From positions 2,144,001 to 2,208,000 of the forward strand of contig OZ244170.1 in assembly GCA_965216565.1 (NCBI GenBank): 64,000 bases of DNA. Reading direction: 5' to 3'. Below the pieces are notes generated by a model. It was not told the DNA's origin. It searched no databases and saw only the letters and a list, made by a program, of their open reading frames with translations. Shown here piece by piece: positions 37,906 through 48,048 of this stretch; within the stretch, counting starts at the first letter, position 1; each line of letters starts with the position of its first letter. The position numbers were made by a program, and so were the translations under genes. This DNA is from Bythopirellula sp. Its GTDB lineage: Bacteria > Planctomycetota > Planctomycetia > Pirellulales > Lacipirellulaceae.

Positions 37906-38295
37906 ATGTTGGTTCTTACCAGGAAGCAGAACGAAAAAATTCGCATTGGCGATTCTATCACCATCACGGTATTGCGAATGAAAGGCAAAGCGGTTCGACT
38001 GGGCATCGAAGCGCCACACGACATTAATGTGATTCGCGGAGAACTCTGCTTCGATCTTGGCGAGGAATCGACCGATTCCCTACCAGATGTTGCAGACCAA
38101 ACTGATGAAAGGCTCGTCCCGCCAAAGAGCAAGCCACTCATTAGCAGCAACTCGAACACCACCAGTGCGGTAGCAAAAGAAGAAACCTCACATTGGCCCG
38201 TCGAGTCGAGCCAAGCAAGCCACCCGCCGACGGCTAACTGCACGGTACCCTTGGGAGTCTCGCCACTCCGCGCGATGCTCGAAGCTCGCACTTAG
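37906..38295 (+). CDS. csrA: Carbon storage regulator CsrA paralogue 3 with long disordered tail
   Basis: MLVLTRKQNEKIRIGDSITITV..VRLGIEAPHDINVIRGEL; SD AGGGAG before ATG 37906. Confidence 0.92.
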   Translation: MLVLTRKQNEKIRIGDSITITVLRMKGKAVRLGIEAPHDINVIRGELCFDLGEESTDSLPDVADQTDERLVPPKSKPLISSNSNTTSAVAKEETSHWPVESSQASHPPTANCTVPLGVSPLRAMLEART

Positions 38296-38329
38296 GCTGG
38301 ACGTCGTTTGCTGTCACGCATCCGCAGTT

Positions 38330-39646
38330 TTAGTAACTGCCGGACAAAGCCCACTCTTTCCGCCGACGGCAAGAGTGGGCCAAGAGAAAGCTGCACACCA
38401 GCACCACGCTCGTGGGTTCGGGGACAGTCGTCGCCAACGATTGGCTCCCCGAACCAGAACCCGTGTAGTTTTGTTGGTACGTGAGAAAATCAAGTCCATC
38501 CACTCGGCCGTCGACGTTCGAATCGCCCGTGGCCCAGGCCCCGCCCCCCAAAGCGTAGCCAGCCTGCCAGACGAGTAGATCATCGTGATCTACCGAGCCA
38601 TCGAGATTGGCATCGCCATAGTCAGTATCAAGTATCCCGTGCACGAAAGCATCTAAATCCGAATTGGCTGCCTGCGGAGTGGCATCGATCACTCCGTCGT
38701 CGAATAGGTCGTAGTTATCGACAACTTCAGGCACGCTCTTTCCATGGGCATCGAGCAATAGCTCAAGGTCTAAGTTATCGATTGAACTATCGAAATTCAG
38801 ATCCCCCGGTGCTGCAGACTCGATCGTGCTGCGTAGTAGTGCCCCGGGCACTAAGCTCTGAATCCAGGGGATATACGACGACGTCTTGATGGCCCAACTC
38901 CGCTTGCCATAGTCGACGGGGTTCTCTCCCGAACCAGCACGTGTCAGTGCGCCCAACACCCACTGGTCGTCACTCGTCTTGAGCAGCACCGGGCCACCGC
39001 TGTCGCCGTTATCGGAAATACCTTCTCGAGCAATAGCTCCACTTCCTGGGGCATCGAAATCGTATTTCAAGTCGGTTCCGATAATTGTATCAACGCGGTT
39101 CTGTGCACGATGATAAGTTCCAATGCCTGGGGTGTTATCTCCAGCAGGACCAAAGTATCCGTACCCGCCCACCTCAAGAATCTTGTTCACCTCGTCATTG
39201 ATGTCGTTCAGCGGCACATCGATCCAGTCGGTTGGCTCGGTGGATAGCTTTAGCAACGCTATATCACCGCTGGAGTGACTGTGTACTTCACTAACCGAGA
39301 ACGTCCCGCCATAGTTGGGCAGAAACACTGACAGGTCCGCAGGGCCCGTTAGCTCGTCATCGTCACTGACCACATGCTCGACCGTCAGCATCCACTTCTC
39401 GTGAATTAGCACACCGGACCCAAACTCCTCGGTCACTCCATTGTTCACCTTGCCGACGTTCGTCATCAGCCCATCGTAGCTAGTCCGCCACTGGGGATCG
39501 CCCGTTGGCCAGTCAGCCCTCCAGAACACAGCCGAACTCTCGCCACAAAGATTCACAGCCAGCAAACAGGCAAATAGGGCAAGATGACAATTCGACCGAA
39601 TCTTAACGATCGTATTTCGCAGATGTTGCCGCATTGGGAGTGGCAT
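38330..39646 (-). CDS. Trypsin-like (S1) serine protease with dockerin-like repeats and PEP-CTERM sorting signal
   Basis: LTVEH, DIALL, GDSGGP triad; GDLNFD/GDANLDG/GDSNVDG; VPEPTS + hydrophobic stretch + RRRK. Confidence 0.85.
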   Translation of the reverse strand: MPLPMRQHLRNTIVKIRSNCHLALFACLLAVNLCGESSAVFWRADWPTGDPQWRTSYDGLMTNVGKVNNGVTEEFGSGVLIHEKWMLTVEHVVSDDDELTGPADLSVFLPNYGGTFSVSEVHSHSSGDIALLKLSTEPTDWIDVPLNDINDEVNKILEVGGYGYFGPAGDNTPGIGTYHRAQNRVDTIIGTDLKYDFDAPGSGAIAREGISDNGDSGGPVLLKTSDDQWVLGALTRAGSGENPVDYGKRSWAIKTSSYIPWIQSLVPGALLRSTIESAAPGDLNFDSSIDNLDLELLLDAHGKSVPEVVDNYDLFDDGVIDATPQAANSDLDAFVHGILDTDYGDANLDGSVDHDDLLVWQAGYALGGGAWATGDSNVDGRVDGLDFLTYQQNYTGSGSGSQSLATTVPEPTSVVLVCSFLLAHSCRRRKEWALSGSY

Positions 39647-39833
39647 TTCAAGGATCGAAGGAGAATTACAAGATGCATGTGCCAGCCCATATTAAAGCAA
39701 GATGGCTCAGACGCAGCAACATTGAAGGGTAAATGGCTGCTGGGGCTAGGATTGCCCTCCACCGGAAAATGCTTGCGAACCTCTTCCCAGCTAGGCATGT
39801 CTTGCCAAGTTATATCGACTAGGATAATTCTCA

Positions 39834-40871
39834 ATGAACCAAGAAAAATTACGCGCGATCGGCTGGAAACCCTTCTTTCAGCAGCAGGTGGACGACTCCG
39901 ACGATGTTGTCATCGCCCGAGTATCGGCACACTATGGTAGCCAAGTCTTGCTACTCGGTGTCGAGGGCGAGTTCCGTGTGCCCGTGCAATTGGCTGAGTC
40001 TGCCGGTGAGATCGCAGTGGGCGATTGGCTAGTACTCGAAACTGCCGATCACCGGGCCGTCCAACGACTCGAACGTCAGACTCTACTCTATCGCAAGGCA
40101 TCCGGCATCGAAGTCAAATCGCAGGCTATCGCCGCGAATATCGATACCATCTTCATCGTTTGTTCTTGCAATGAGGACTTTAATCTCTCGCGTATCGAAC
40201 GCTATTTGGCTCTCGCGCTTCAAGCCGAGGCAATGCCCGTAGTGGTGCTCACCAAAGCCGATCTTTGCGACAATGTCACCGCGCTCCGTAAACAGGTCGA
40301 AAAGCTCCATGCCGGATTGGTTGTCGAAACGCTCGATGCCCGCGAGACAGAGCAAGCCGAAATCCTCAAGTCTTGGTGCGGGGCAGGGCAGTCAGTTGCG
40401 CTGCTCGGTTCTTCCGGTGTTGGCAAGTCGACGCTGGCCAATGCGTTGGGGGCCGCAGGCCAGGCAACGGGCGCGATTCGCCAGCACGATGGCAAGGGAC
40501 GGCACGTCACCACCGCGCGTTCCTTGCACCTACTTCCCTGTGGAGGAATCTTGGTCGACAACCCAGGCATGCGGGAACTGCAGCTGCCCGCGTGCGAAGA
40601 GGGGGTTACCGATTTATTCGTTGATGTTCTAGAGATTGCCGAGGGCTGCCGATTCAATAACTGTAGTCACGAGGCTGACGACGGCTGTGCCGTGCAGGCA
40701 GCACTAGAATCAGGGGAGCTCGACCAGCGTCGGTTTACAAGTTTTAAGAAACTACTTGCCGAACAGGCACGCAACGCACGATCGTTGGCCGAGCGTCATG
40801 AAGCAGATCGCAAAATGGGGCGATTTATCAAGTCTGCCTTGGCCGAAAAACGCCGCCGCCGTGATCAATAG
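39834..40871 (+). CDS. rsgA: Ribosome small subunit-dependent GTPase A
   Basis: Circularly permuted TKAD, GSSGVGKS, GRHVTT, DNPG; CRFNNCSH..GC Zn site. Confidence 0.95.
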   Translation: MNQEKLRAIGWKPFFQQQVDDSDDVVIARVSAHYGSQVLLLGVEGEFRVPVQLAESAGEIAVGDWLVLETADHRAVQRLERQTLLYRKASGIEVKSQAIAANIDTIFIVCSCNEDFNLSRIERYLALALQAEAMPVVVLTKADLCDNVTALRKQVEKLHAGLVVETLDARETEQAEILKSWCGAGQSVALLGSSGVGKSTLANALGAAGQATGAIRQHDGKGRHVTTARSLHLLPCGGILVDNPGMRELQLPACEEGVTDLFVDVLEIAEGCRFNNCSHEADDGCAVQAALESGELDQRRFTSFKKLLAEQARNARSLAERHEADRKMGRFIKSALAEKRRRRDQ

Positions 40872-40899
40872 CAAATTCCCGAGATCGGCCCGCATGAAC

Positions 40900-42777
40900 T
40901 TACGCCGCACTCTTCACCCGCAAAGCCGGAGCCTCAGTAGGCGTGCTCGCAGGGGTCGGCTCGTAGACAGGTATGATTTGCTCCAACGCTGCCCGAACCG
41001 TATCGTTCGGCTCGTCGACGATTTCGCTCAGGCGGCTGATGTCGTTTAGCACTTCCAACAACCGCGGAGGCGCCCCGTTGGCCACCATGATTTTTGAGTG
41101 TCGCGTCGGCTGATGCAGTTCGCGATCGCTGTAGAGCTCTTCGAACAGCTTTTCGCCAGGGCGTAGGCCGCTAACTTCGACTTCGATGTCGTCACCAACG
41201 CGGAGGCCGGACAACCGGATCATATCTTGAGCAAGATCCATGATGCGGACCGGTTCTCCCATGTCGAGTACAAAGATCTCGCCACCCCGACCCATGGTAC
41301 CCGCCTGGATGACAAGTTGTGCCGCTTCAGGAATCAGCATGAAGTAGCGAATCATATCCGGGTGAGTCACGGTCACCGGACCGCCGCGGGCGATCTGTTC
41401 TCGGAATATGGGAACCACGCTGCCCGCCGAATCGAGAACATTCCCAAATCGGACCGTTACCAGCCGGCAAGAGGAAGTTGCCGCCTTAGCTTGGACATAC
41501 TGTTCGGCGAGTTTCTTGCACGAACCCATGACGCTCGACGGATTCACTGCCTTGTCCGTCGAAATCATAACTAGTCCCTCGACCTCGAACTGTTCAGCTA
41601 AGTCAACCAAACAGCGGGTCGAGAGCACAATATTCTTCACCGCCTCGCCGACGTGCGCTTCCATCAGCGGGACATGCTTGTAGGCGGCAGCGTGAAAAAC
41701 GATATTCGGTCGATGCTCCGCAAAAACTGCTTCCATCCGCCGTGCATCGGTCAAGTCGGCAAGTGCCACGTCGATGTTGATGTCCGGCGCAAGTTGACGT
41801 AGTTCGCGCTCCAGGAAAAACTGCCCCGTTTCACTGCGGTCGACAAGCACGACCTTCTCTGGGGCGAGCTGCAGAATCTGGCGGCATATTTCCGAACCAA
41901 TGCTTCCGGCACTACCCGTCACGAGCACCGTCCGATTGTTAATCCACTGGTGAATGCTCTCCATATCGAGGTCGACCGAAGGCCGTCGCAACAAGTCGGA
42001 GATAGCCACTGGTCGAGGATTAATTGCCACGCTGCCGGTGAGTATTTGTTCGTAGCTGGGGAGCACTTTCACATGAAAGCCGTTCTCCGCGGCGGACTGT
42101 ACAAGTTCTCGGACCGCTCGACCCGAAAGCACACCGGATGTGATGAGAACCTGTTCGACTCCATACTTGGCCACCAACTGCGGGATGTCCTCGTGCGTGC
42201 CTAAGACGGGAATTCCCGCTATGCGACGCCCCACAGCCGAGCTGTCTTCGTCGATGAAGCCTATAGCCCGATAATCGAGTTTGCTCCGCAACATCCCCCG
42301 CAACAGGGCTTCGCCGGCGTCATTTGCTCCAGCAATCAGTGCTACGGTTCCGCTTTGTTTGGAGAATAATCGCCAGTCGGTATCGTGGATCAGCCTCGGC
42401 AGAATCCGAACCGCCGCCAGTAGCGCGAGTGTCACTCCCCAATCAAGTAGAATGACGCTTCTTGGTATTACCGTGGACGAAAGTACCAGCGCGTCCAAAA
42501 GCGTAATCCCAACTGAGCAAATAGTGACCGTTCGAACCATCCGCACCATATCGCGGAATGTGACATAGCGAGAGAACTCAGCATGGAACCTGGCTTGCAA
42601 CAGGCCCACGACTTTGATCAGCAGGACCCAGAATATTGTGCCGCTTAACTGAGCAGTTGCCGACTCGTCGAGCGAACCATCAAACCGCAACAAAAATGCG
42701 CCCACATACGCCAAAGCGCACAACGGAACGACAACCGCCAGGCCGAGTGAAATTCGAAGATGATTCTGATTTTTCAT
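40900..42777 (-). CDS. Membrane-bound UDP-GlcNAc 4,6-dehydratase (CapD/WbpM/PglF family)
   Basis: N-terminal TM helices, TGSAGSIG, HAAAYKHVP, STDKAV, RFGNVL, GLRPGEKL; probable ATG 42777. Confidence 0.93.
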   Translation of the reverse strand: MKNQNHLRISLGLAVVVPLCALAYVGAFLLRFDGSLDESATAQLSGTIFWVLLIKVVGLLQARFHAEFSRYVTFRDMVRMVRTVTICSVGITLLDALVLSSTVIPRSVILLDWGVTLALLAAVRILPRLIHDTDWRLFSKQSGTVALIAGANDAGEALLRGMLRSKLDYRAIGFIDEDSSAVGRRIAGIPVLGTHEDIPQLVAKYGVEQVLITSGVLSGRAVRELVQSAAENGFHVKVLPSYEQILTGSVAINPRPVAISDLLRRPSVDLDMESIHQWINNRTVLVTGSAGSIGSEICRQILQLAPEKVVLVDRSETGQFFLERELRQLAPDINIDVALADLTDARRMEAVFAEHRPNIVFHAAAYKHVPLMEAHVGEAVKNIVLSTRCLVDLAEQFEVEGLVMISTDKAVNPSSVMGSCKKLAEQYVQAKAATSSCRLVTVRFGNVLDSAGSVVPIFREQIARGGPVTVTHPDMIRYFMLIPEAAQLVIQAGTMGRGGEIFVLDMGEPVRIMDLAQDMIRLSGLRVGDDIEVEVSGLRPGEKLFEELYSDRELHQPTRHSKIMVANGAPPRLLEVLNDISRLSEIVDEPNDTVRAALEQIIPVYEPTPASTPTEAPALRVKSAA

Positions 42778-42796
42778 ACTTAACTGTCTCTGTCTG

Positions 42797-45559
42797 TTAC
42801 AAAGACTTGGCTGGAGTCGGAACTTCGGCACGATAACTCAATCGTTGCCGGCCGATCTTCATCAACATTGTCTTGCTACTCGTATGATCGGGCCTGCGAG
42901 CGAGACACCAATTAAACTGTTCTTCGGCTGACTCCAATTGGCCGAGCCCCGCACACAACACGCCCAGGTAGTAGTGCGTGCCAAAATCTTGTGGTTCTGA
43001 GACAATTGCTTGTTGATAGCTATGAATGGCTGCCTGGGGTTTGTTGAGCGCTGTTTGAATTTGAGCAAGTAGTTTCCATAACTTTGCAATATTGATCGAG
43101 TCGTTTGCGCTAATCTTATTTTGAATCACGCTTGCCGTATGGGATTCGATTGCCATCCAGTCTTGCTCGGTCCCCCGCGCCGCGTAGTGCTGCCAGACGG
43201 GCTGCAACACAGAGGGCCCCGGTTGCAGCAAGCCCAACAATCCCTCTGCAGGAATATGCGGAGCCATCGAGTTGACTACCTGCAATTGGTGTCGGGTTGG
43301 TGATTTGAAAAGCACTTTCCACACCTGGAACGCTTGTTCCGGTCGGCGGGCTGCCAGTAGTTGTGTGCCGACTTCGAAAAGCACATCGCTATCGCAAGGC
43401 CCCACTGCCAGCGCCTGTTGCCACAGGGCCTCGACCTCTCGGTTCCCTCGTCCTTCCAAGAAAGCTAAGCCTGCCAGAAAAGTGTAAGCTTCACCTTGAA
43501 ACGGACAGAGTCTAACAGCGTGCTTGGAATGATAAAGCGCCCGGTAGAGCAGCTTGCTACGTTCCCCAAAGGCACGTTGCAACCACTCTTGCAGTTCCTT
43601 GGAGCTAGAAAACTTCGAACCAATGGCTGAGTCGCGGATTTGCGTCACAGTCATTTGGTTCATCGCGTCGGCTCCCTGCAGGTTGAATTCCTTCAACAGG
43701 TTGGCCGCTAGTTTCAAGTGCGCTCGAGCATCATCCGGGTTCACGGCGATGATCTTCAGAAGCACCTCGGTTCGGTAGTGGATGAGTTGCTCGTCGGCCT
43801 GTTGCCTTTGGAAATCGGCTTGCACTACGGCCAGCGAAAGGTCGCCGTTGACGGCCCTCTCGGCGTTGTTGGCAAGATGGTAACGGTCCCAGTGCATAGC
43901 TGCCTTGGCTTGCGGCAGCAAAGTGTATGTCGACCAGCCTCCCGCTAGTAGCACAACTGCACAAGCCGCCATCCAGGCAGGACGCATCAAGACAACCTGA
44001 GTGCGCTTCTCGCTAGCCACCGGTACGATCAATTGAGCAAGTCGCAACGCACAAGCTGCCAAAATAATTGTCACTGCCATACACGCGGGAACAAACCACA
44101 CAAAATCGAACGGTGCATGCGCAGCACTCCCCGCCAACGAAGCTACGATGGCTCCTGCGTATATCTGTTGCTCTCTCGTTTGGGATCGGACAAGTGCTAA
44201 GCAACACCAAAAGCCTACGCACACCAAGCCGGCTGCTAACAGGACGACTCCTGGCAAGCCGTTTTCAGTAGCAATCTGAAGTGGGCTGCTTTCCGAGTGC
44301 ATGAATAATCGATTGAGCGGTGCCTCTAAATAGACAGGATAAATGTACCGATGAGTCCCTGCTCCCGTGCCAGCTTGCCAACCAGATTCGATCGCTTCGG
44401 CATTGGCAGCCCAAATCGTTCGTCGGCCACCGCGTGCATCAAGCGAATCCACGGAACCATCGGTAAAATCGTCGAGTCGACTCGCAATTTGGTCGTAGCC
44501 ATAGAAGGAGACGACTCCAACCATGACGATCGCTCCTGCCGCGACCAGTAGTGCCAGATCTGCCGCCTTCACTAAGCGAAATTTCAAGTAAGCGAGACCT
44601 AGCACGAAAAGACTTGCTCCGAGTGCGAGTGCTCCACCTCGGGATAGCGAACATAGAACCGCGGCAATTGCGACGATCACAGCAATGCCCAGGCATACGG
44701 CGAGCGGATCGATCGAGGGCTGATTCGCTTGTGCCGACCAGGACGATCTTGGCTTTTGCTCTTTTCTATTGCCCGAGCCCAGCCGACTCATGAACAAGGC
44801 AACCAGTGGGGCCGTGCCGAGCACTACAAAATGGGCATAGTGATTCCGGCAAGTAAAACTCCCCTTCACCTCTTCCGAAGTATTGGTATAGGGAAATTCA
44901 TAGAACCAGAAGAACAGTCCATTGGAGGTGAAATACTGAACGATTCCAAACAACGCGCCAATGGCTGCAGAGATGGCGATGTAATTGATAATACGTTTGA
45001 CATCCTGCACCGTCTGCAATCTCTGAGTAGCCGTAACAAACAGTAAGCCGTAAGCAACCAGTGTGGCGAGTGCCAGGCGGGTATCTTCCGGAGAGATCGA
45101 AATAGTACCCCAAGTTCCCAAGGAGTAGTGATTGAGCGGCACTTCGGCAGCACCGGTCGCCCAGAGAGGCAACAATTCGCTGAGCCGAGGTGCCAATGTG
45201 CCTAGCCATTCCGCGGGCAAACTGACAATCTGCAGCAAAACCGTACCAACGGCCAGCAGCATCAGCCAAATCGACATACTGCGGGTCCATTTGCCGCGTG
45301 TGACAAAAGACTGTCGAATAAACCAAGCAGACGAAACCATGCCGCAGAGGGCGACCAAGGCAAAACGGCCCATCGGGTGACGGCCACCGAACAACAGGGG
45401 CGTGATAAAGATGATGGCCGCCAGTCCGAGATCGACGATCTGCAAACAGATGTTCGGCAGCGCATTCTCCTCGCCAGCAGTTTGACTACGTGACCAGGAT
45501 CGATGACTAGTTTGTGATTGCCGACTCTGCATGGCTGGGGTCATTTCATAATTGAACAA
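42797..45559 (-). CDS. O-antigen ligase (Wzy_C)-family membrane protein with C-terminal TPRs
   Basis: Multiple TMs, GSFTCRNH, SLSRGG, GTGAG, HSES..ENG; TPR-like helices. Confidence 0.85.
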   Translation of the reverse strand: MFNYEMTPAMQSRQSQTSHRSWSRSQTAGEENALPNICLQIVDLGLAAIIFITPLLFGGRHPMGRFALVALCGMVSSAWFIRQSFVTRGKWTRSMSIWLMLLAVGTVLLQIVSLPAEWLGTLAPRLSELLPLWATGAAEVPLNHYSLGTWGTISISPEDTRLALATLVAYGLLFVTATQRLQTVQDVKRIINYIAISAAIGALFGIVQYFTSNGLFFWFYEFPYTNTSEEVKGSFTCRNHYAHFVVLGTAPLVALFMSRLGSGNRKEQKPRSSWSAQANQPSIDPLAVCLGIAVIVAIAAVLCSLSRGGALALGASLFVLGLAYLKFRLVKAADLALLVAAGAIVMVGVVSFYGYDQIASRLDDFTDGSVDSLDARGGRRTIWAANAEAIESGWQAGTGAGTHRYIYPVYLEAPLNRLFMHSESSPLQIATENGLPGVVLLAAGLVCVGFWCCLALVRSQTREQQIYAGAIVASLAGSAAHAPFDFVWFVPACMAVTIILAACALRLAQLIVPVASEKRTQVVLMRPAWMAACAVVLLAGGWSTYTLLPQAKAAMHWDRYHLANNAERAVNGDLSLAVVQADFQRQQADEQLIHYRTEVLLKIIAVNPDDARAHLKLAANLLKEFNLQGADAMNQMTVTQIRDSAIGSKFSSSKELQEWLQRAFGERSKLLYRALYHSKHAVRLCPFQGEAYTFLAGLAFLEGRGNREVEALWQQALAVGPCDSDVLFEVGTQLLAARRPEQAFQVWKVLFKSPTRHQLQVVNSMAPHIPAEGLLGLLQPGPSVLQPVWQHYAARGTEQDWMAIESHTASVIQNKISANDSINIAKLWKLLAQIQTALNKPQAAIHSYQQAIVSEPQDFGTHYYLGVLCAGLGQLESAEEQFNWCLARRPDHTSSKTMLMKIGRQRLSYRAEVPTPAKSL

Positions 45560-45604
45560 GCCAAAGCTGCGATGCGGGAATTGAGCTTCGGCAAAAACCT
45601 TCTT

Positions 45605-47983
45605 CTAAGCAGCTCGTCGGGGACGAATGCTGTGTGTTGATTGTGGGTGGCTTATTTCTGGTAAGTGCTCAGCTTGTGATTGATCCGTGGCAGTCAATTC
45701 ACTGAGCGAAGCTGGTAAGTCTGGCGTGGGGGGAACTGGTTGTTGGGCTTCCGATTGGTCGTGTCCGTAGCCATCGGTGTAACCGTAGCCATAGCCGTAT
45801 CCGTAGCCGTAACCATACCCGCCCCGATCTTCGGCAACGCCATTGGCAACAACCCCAAAGACGTGGCAACCGGTTTCGTGGAAGCTCTCTACGGCCCGAA
45901 TCACCGATCGCCGGTGATTCTTTTCTGGACGAACCACAAGCACTGCTCCGTCGACCAATTGGCCCACGATTTGGGCATCGCTCACGGCGAGCACTGGTGG
46001 GCAGTCGACCAATACGCGATCGTATCGGGAATCCGCCCAAGCCAATAATTCCACAAACGCCTTGCCGCTGAGCAGCTCGGCAGGATTCGGTCGTCGCAGA
46101 CCTACAGGCAAAACATCCAGTCCGTTGACTTCAGTATTGTGGATGAGCGATTGAGCCAATTCTTCAGGCGATTGCTCGGAGGCCAGCAGATCGGCAACCC
46201 CCTGTTGTCCCTTCAATCCCAGCAGGGTCGAGAATCCAGGCTTACGCAAGTCGGCGTCGATTACCAAGGTGCGATGGCCAGCCTGCGCGAATGCCACCGC
46301 CAGGTTTGCCGATACGGTTGTTTTTCCGTCTCCTGGTTCAGAGCTAGAGACGAGTATCCGATCGCAAACTTCACCGCCCAACGAAAGCGCGGTTCGCAAT
46401 GTACGGAATGCCTCCGATTCCACAGAATTCGGCAACGCATGCGTGTAGACGCTGGCCAAACCCTCTCCTTGCAGCGGATCAAGTTTTCTAACGATTGAGA
46501 GAATCGGCACATTCAACTGTGCGGAAAGCTCTTCCGGCGAGGTGAAGCGATCGTCGAGGCGGTCCTGGACATAAACCAACAAGCAACCGATTATCAAACC
46601 ACCCATAATCGAACCAACCCCCACGTTCCGTAGCCGGGGAGAAACGGGGCGATTCTCCGGCAACGGTTCGCGTGTGACTGTCGCTTTGATCGGGGCATGA
46701 ATCTGTGACATATCGATACTACTTAAGTTCTCGTTCACAGTTTCGTACTCGGCTTCAGTGCGAGAGACATCGCGTTCCTTCATGTGCAATTGCACGATTC
46801 CATCGCTCTGCTTGATAGCTTCGTTTCGAGACTGTTCGTAGGACATGCTCAGCTGCTGCTCGACTTGGCGGGAATGGTCCAGGGACTGCTGGAGCAGATC
46901 CAACACCAGATCGTCCGGAAGTGCTTTGCGCAGCTTGCCGTCGGCGGTGGCAGATCCACCTTGCGAGGCAATAAACTGCTGCTGCATCTGAATTTGCTTT
47001 CTAAGTTCCATCATCCTGGGATGATTCGCGCCCAGCACTTGCGACAGACCTTGAAATTCTTCCTGCGCGGCGAGCAATTTCTTCTTCTGTTCGCCAACCA
47101 CTCGCAAGTCTTCGGGACTCATTCCCAGCGAAGCCATCAATAGCTGCTGCCCCAGTGCAGACTCAAGCCCCATCAGGTGCTGCGAGACGTTACCACCGCG
47201 CAATTTGGCATGCTGCATCGAGGCCAGAGTCGCCTCGAGAATCAGTCTCTTCTCTTGTGCTTCGGAAAGTGCTTCGTTTAGCTTTAAGGCACGCTGGATG
47301 ATCGGTTCGACGACTTGGTCTTCCGAGGAAACAGCCAGATGGCCGACTTCTTCTCGATGCCGTTGCAGTTCGGACTGCTGCTCATCGAGTTTCGCCTTAA
47401 TCCGATCTCTCTCATTGGAGAGCAGCGTGCGAAACTCGCCAACGGTTCCTTTATGATTTTCTGCAACGAAGTCTAAGTACGCCCGAATGATGGCGTTCAC
47501 AACAGCAGCGGCGGCCTGAGGGCTTCGCGATCGGTAGCTAACATCGATGATATTCGTTTTGCGTTTGATCGAGGCGGAGAGATTTTTTTGGATTTTCGTC
47601 ACCCATTTCTTGGGTTCCACTCCTTGCAGGTCGATGCGAAACTGTGGCTCGAGTTTCCGGATTGCATCTCTTACGACAACCTGGCTCACCACGAGCTCCC
47701 GGTGCGTCGCCATCGTGTTGCCAGTATTCTCTTGACTACCAATCACCGAGAGCTGATCTTTGTTCTGATCAACAATGTTGATACTTGCCACCGACTGATA
47801 GTAGCGCGGTGCCAGATAGTAGTAGACGGCTCCTGCCAAGACAAACAAATACACGCTGCTCAGCACGACGTGTTTGCGATGGCGTAGAACGCGAATAAAC
47901 CGAAGCACGGCCGGCAACATATCGCCGGTTGCTGGGGCATCAGATTCGATTATCAGGTTTTGATCGGTGGGATTTGTTGTCAC
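45605..47983 (-). CDS. wzc: Polysaccharide co-polymerase / BY-kinase Wzc
   Basis: Two TMs, EAFRTLRT, PGDGKT, IDADLR, VDCPP, GYGYGYGYGYGY tyrosine cluster. Confidence 0.93.
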   Translation of the reverse strand: MTTNPTDQNLIIESDAPATGDMLPAVLRFIRVLRHRKHVVLSSVYLFVLAGAVYYYLAPRYYQSVASINIVDQNKDQLSVIGSQENTGNTMATHRELVVSQVVVRDAIRKLEPQFRIDLQGVEPKKWVTKIQKNLSASIKRKTNIIDVSYRSRSPQAAAAVVNAIIRAYLDFVAENHKGTVGEFRTLLSNERDRIKAKLDEQQSELQRHREEVGHLAVSSEDQVVEPIIQRALKLNEALSEAQEKRLILEATLASMQHAKLRGGNVSQHLMGLESALGQQLLMASLGMSPEDLRVVGEQKKKLLAAQEEFQGLSQVLGANHPRMMELRKQIQMQQQFIASQGGSATADGKLRKALPDDLVLDLLQQSLDHSRQVEQQLSMSYEQSRNEAIKQSDGIVQLHMKERDVSRTEAEYETVNENLSSIDMSQIHAPIKATVTREPLPENRPVSPRLRNVGVGSIMGGLIIGCLLVYVQDRLDDRFTSPEELSAQLNVPILSIVRKLDPLQGEGLASVYTHALPNSVESEAFRTLRTALSLGGEVCDRILVSSSEPGDGKTTVSANLAVAFAQAGHRTLVIDADLRKPGFSTLLGLKGQQGVADLLASEQSPEELAQSLIHNTEVNGLDVLPVGLRRPNPAELLSGKAFVELLAWADSRYDRVLVDCPPVLAVSDAQIVGQLVDGAVLVVRPEKNHRRSVIRAVESFHETGCHVFGVVANGVAEDRGGYGYGYGYGYGYGYTDGYGHDQSEAQQPVPPTPDLPASLSELTATDQSQAEHLPEISHPQSTHSIRPRRAA

Positions 47984-48048
47984 GGGATTTGCTAAAACGG
48001 TTGGTTATGTTCCCACGAAATTCTGGGTAAGGGACTCTTGTCTTGCTA

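Noticed and set aside
39792..39806. TAGGCATGTCTTGCC near rsgA as a sigma54 promoter
   Set aside because: Spacing is two bases too short.
45770..45825. GGCTAC/GGTTAC-type hexamer repeats
   Set aside because: Explained by the Wzc GY tyrosine cluster.
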